Source: Minisyncoccota bacterium
Lineage (GTDB): Bacteria; Patescibacteriota; Minisyncoccia; Phycocordibacterales; UBA918
NCBI GenBank assembly: GCA_021129515.1
Contig: JAJOLD010000001.1
Span: 164,850-228,849, forward strand
Reading direction: 5' to 3'
DNA: 64,000 nucleotides
How positions within the stretch are numbered: the first letter of the stretch is position 1; every line of letters starts with the position of its first letter. A program made the translations under genes and the position numbers. A model generated the notes under the pieces. That model saw only the letters and a program-made list of their open reading frames with translations. It did no database searches and was not told the origin of the DNA. Shown in pieces: positions 60,839 through 64,000 of the stretch.

Positions 60839-62152
60839 TTATGACGTATGTGTGTGTATGCGTCTGTTAATAAATGGCAATCGTGCGCAGCGCTTCTTTA
60901 GCCACACCACAAACTGCTCCCAGAGACTTTGCTCCGCCTCCACATGCCGCCGCTTCAGTGCTTCAGTTACCCTTAATTGTAAATCACTCATGGCGTTCAT
61001 AAAAGCGATATATGCATCATATGGGGATTCATAGGGGGAGAAGTATGCGTGCACATCGCCATCGTTGGACCACTTAGTACACATGTAGTAGAAGTGGTCT
61101 GAGGTCTGGAGTTTCCGCCACGCTTCAATAAGCGCTGGGTCGCCCGCACGCATCACGTCTTTCTCAAGCTCATATGTTTTGTGGATTGCATCTTTCTGAA
61201 TATCGTTGCCAATCCAGGCGGTGAGGTCGCGATCGGTATCAGCCCAGGTGAGAATATGTGGTACATCAAGCTCGCCCACCGAATCATACTCATTGATGGT
61301 TTCTGATGGTGTTTTGAAGGTAATGTCACCCTCTTGCATGAGCATTCCTGGCAATGCACCCAAAAATTGAAAGATACCCGTATCCTCCCATTGGTGCTCA
61401 CCAAACGTCTCGTAATCCATGAACAGATTGATGGTGTTGCCATTGCCATGGTGTGAACGCACCCATTCGGTATATGTCTCTGCAGCGAGCGGGAAGCTTG
61501 CCCATTCCCGGTTCCCAAAGCGAAATGCTATGTCGTCAGAAAGTCGGTAATTCTTGAGGAGTACTTTTATATTGGAACAGCCCGTTGGTGTGTAGAGAAA
61601 GTTGGGACTGCGCCACTCGAGAATGGGATCCCACCCTTCAGCCATGATGCCGAGGTACCCGTTGTCCTCACACCACTTTGCGAGATCGTTGTTGTATGAA
61701 AGTTCTGTGTTACGAAACACACGCGGGGTGACCCCAAATAATTCATGAATACGTTGTTGGTGTTTTGCAACTTGTCGCTCAAACTCAGGTACGGAGTAGA
61801 AGAATGCAAGCGAGTGGTAATAGGTATCTGCCAAAATCTCAACACGACCCGTCGCGACAATCTCTTGAAACGATTCCAACACCTCAGGCGCATACATTTC
61901 AAACTGGTCGAGTACGGTTCCTGAAAAAGAAAGTGCAAACCGAAACTCAGGATGGGTGTCGAGCAATTCTTTTAACACTTTGTTTGTTGGAATATACGAC
62001 TTCTCGGCAACTTTGCGTACAATACGTCCATTGTTTAAATCGGTTTCATCACTTGCGTTGAAATATTCACTATCGTTTCCTATATCAAAAACTCGATACC
62101 GTTTCACACGATGTGGTTGATGGACATGAAAATACGGACAGATGGTAAGCAT
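60839..62152 (-). CDS. Glycoside hydrolase family 57
   Basis: FHVHQP, FRNTELSY, FMDYETFGEH, LQTSDHFYYM. Confidence 0.93.
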   Translation of the reverse strand: MLTICPYFHVHQPHRVKRYRVFDIGNDSEYFNASDETDLNNGRIVRKVAEKSYIPTNKVLKELLDTHPEFRFALSFSGTVLDQFEMYAPEVLESFQEIVATGRVEILADTYYHSLAFFYSVPEFERQVAKHQQRIHELFGVTPRVFRNTELSYNNDLAKWCEDNGYLGIMAEGWDPILEWRSPNFLYTPTGCSNIKVLLKNYRLSDDIAFRFGNREWASFPLAAETYTEWVRSHHGNGNTINLFMDYETFGEHQWEDTGIFQFLGALPGMLMQEGDITFKTPSETINEYDSVGELDVPHILTWADTDRDLTAWIGNDIQKDAIHKTYELEKDVMRAGDPALIEAWRKLQTSDHFYYMCTKWSNDGDVHAYFSPYESPYDAYIAFMNAMSDLQLRVTEALKRRHVEAEQSLWEQFVVWLKKRCARLPFINRRIHTHTS

Positions 62153-62161
62153 AGCTATATA

Positions 62162-63388
62162 TTATCTTCGAAGTGTCACCCACGCGAGTAATCGTCGATA
62201 GAGCGTCATAACTTTGTCTGCAGCACGGCGCCACGACAGTGTTTGAAGCTCTTTCTGACTCTCGGACACCAGTTGTTGGTTGAGGACTCCATAGGTGACC
62301 ACAGCAAGCATCTTGTTTGCCATTTCCTCAATGTCCCAAAAATCAACCTTGAGTGCGTGGGCAAGCACTTCTGACACCCCCGACTGCTTGGAAATTAATA
62401 CTGGCGTACCATGTTGAATAGCTTCAAGTGGCACCAGTCCAAATGGCTCTGAGACTGACGGCATGACGAGTAGGTCGACGCTCTGGTAGAGACGGTCACG
62501 CTCAACACCCCACAACTCACCCGCAAACAAGACATGGTTTGAGAGTCCCAACTCCCCAACAAGATGCATGATTTGCGGTTTCATATCACCATACCCTGAG
62601 ATGACAAACAGAACATTCGGGTTGGTATCGACCACCCTACGCGCTGCGCGCACAAAATAGTCCACTCCCTTCTGCACCGTAATGCGCCCGTGGTAGAGAA
62701 TGATTTTTTTACCCTCAAGTCGATGTGCGACTAAGGTAGGCTCATGCTGTGGTGGCGCATGCACTTCATTGCCGTTATGTACCACTTCCACTTTCTCCGG
62801 GTCAACATTGTGTTTATCGACAATCACATTTTTGGTGAATTGACTCACGGTCACGATACAGTCTGCTTCACGAAACGCCGCGTATTCAATAGCGCAAATA
62901 TCAGAGTCAACACAATCACTCGCAGCCTGGTCATACGAGGTCGCATGCACATGGAGAATAAGTTTCTTGCCACTCACCCGCTTCGCGGCGATACCGGCAA
63001 GGTATGATACCCAGTCATGTGCATGGATGAGGTCAAAGGTTTCCTGCTTGGCAATGTCTGCTGCCTTTGCTGCATAGCGATGGACCTCTTCAATGACGGT
63101 ACGAGAGAGACGTACCCGCCTACCGTCTGGCGTAACAACCTCAAGGAGTGACTGCGCATGCTGGTATGGTCGCAGCGGCGAGTCAATTTCATACAGTTTT
63201 GCAGGATGCTGTGAACCAATATCAGCAAAAATAAAACGCATGGACGAATCCACGCTCTGTGTCCGCGGCAGCACAAAAACCACCTCAGCACCTTGCATCA
63301 TAAGCTCTGCAGTCAGCCCCTGACAGGCTTTGCCGAGACCACCTACATTTACGGGTGGAAATTCCCACCCAAACGTCAAAATCCGCAT
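62162..63388 (-). CDS. Glycosyltransferase family 4
   Basis: WEFPP..GGLG, IHAHDW, QKGVDYF, PSVSEPFGLVPLEA. Confidence 0.93.
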   Translation of the reverse strand: MRILTFGWEFPPVNVGGLGKACQGLTAELMMQGAEVVFVLPRTQSVDSSMRFIFADIGSQHPAKLYEIDSPLRPYQHAQSLLEVVTPDGRRVRLSRTVIEEVHRYAAKAADIAKQETFDLIHAHDWVSYLAGIAAKRVSGKKLILHVHATSYDQAASDCVDSDICAIEYAAFREADCIVTVSQFTKNVIVDKHNVDPEKVEVVHNGNEVHAPPQHEPTLVAHRLEGKKIILYHGRITVQKGVDYFVRAARRVVDTNPNVLFVISGYGDMKPQIMHLVGELGLSNHVLFAGELWGVERDRLYQSVDLLVMPSVSEPFGLVPLEAIQHGTPVLISKQSGVSEVLAHALKVDFWDIEEMANKMLAVVTYGVLNQQLVSESQKELQTLSWRRAADKVMTLYRRLLAWVTLRR

Positions 63389-63584
63389 GTCCTTCTATAC
63401 CACCGTGTAGAAATAAAGCGCAGAAACAAAGGATAGATGTATATCACACGGCTCAGCTCAATAATAGCACGCAGTGCATTTTACAATATATGAAAGACAT
63501 ACAAAAAGTGCATAACTTGTATGACAAATCAACCATACATTGCGGGTTGACCCAGCAGAAACCTTCTGGTATTATCGTGCCACT

Positions 63585-63758
63585 ATGTCACAGGACAAAC
63601 TAATCAAGATGGTCTCGCAAGGCGACGAAACTGGCGCTGGAAAGGGTCACGTCTACTACACACGAAAAAATAAGAAAAAGCTTGCTGAACACAAGTTTGA
63701 ATTTAAGAAATTCAATCCACTTGTACGAAAGCATACTGTTTATAAGGAGAAGAAATAA
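63585..63758 (+). CDS. rpmG: 50S ribosomal protein L33 (Cys-free form)
   Basis: [27 protein letters not shown]. Confidence 0.92.
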   Translation: MSQDKLIKMVSQGDETGAGKGHVYYTRKNKKKLAEHKFEFKKFNPLVRKHTVYKEKK

Positions 63759-63852
63759 ACTGACCGTCCGCAAGGGCGGTTTAGTTTTTATATATCTGTA
63801 AAACAAAATACAGGGGTTAAACCCCTGTATTTTGTTTTTTCTTGATTGCACC

Positions 63853-64000
63853 CTAATCCTGACTGCCTGTTTTCACACTACTCTTTTTAGCTTGAACATC
63901 TCGTTTAGGGTTGTACTTTCCTTGCTGTGCAAGTCCATTCATTTTTGCGCGATACAAGAGCGCTTTTTGCGCCATTGCAGTATTTTCTTCCTTGCCCTGC
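63853..64000 (-). CDS. Class I fructose-bisphosphate aldolase, C-terminal end (partial)
   Basis: Manual translation QGKEENTAMAQKALLYRAKMNGLAQQGKY. Confidence 0.7.
   Translation of the reverse strand, partial: QGKEENTAMAQKALLYRAKMNGLAQQGKYNPKRDVQAKKSSVKTGSQD

Noticed and set aside
63500-63560. Replication origin (DnaA-like boxes, also near 12250)
   Set aside because: Only isolated mismatched boxes; no cluster or dnaA/dnaN nearby.

Overview
64 kb of a bacterial chromosome in genetic code 11. Gene content and style (truncated F1 epsilon/delta, Rel lacking ACT, CPR-type pilin, GT4-GH57-GH15 cluster, many short hypotheticals) suggest a CPR/Patescibacteria (Parcubacteria-like) genome; this is an inference. 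Housekeeping content: a complete atpBEFHAGDC operon, ddl, uvrC-like, gdh, dnaX, dus, ftsQ-like, serS, dprA, topA, rel, parB, ahpC, miaA, truB, rpmG, and five intact tRNAs (Ala-TGC, Gln-TTG, Leu-CAA, Trp-CCA, Tyr-GTA). The most unusual signal is non-coding. Every tRNA gene is accompanied by broken copies of itself, split at the D-, anticodon- or T-loop and filled with hairpin modules. One ~65-100 nt two-hairpin module with fixed linkers and covarying stems occurs six times in both orientations, once with an apparent target duplication and comparable empty sites. Also present: a decayed diversity-generating retroelement (RT C-terminal remnant plus a target gene with a VR signature, no TR seen), an unassigned ~340-nt structured RNA candidate upstream of an HTH/LAGLIDADG-like gene that abuts tRNA-Gln, a 28-bp site in three copies, a perfect 44-bp palindrome, REP-like doublets, and several interrupted or chimeric genes. 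All alignments and folds were done by eye; no database searches were run.
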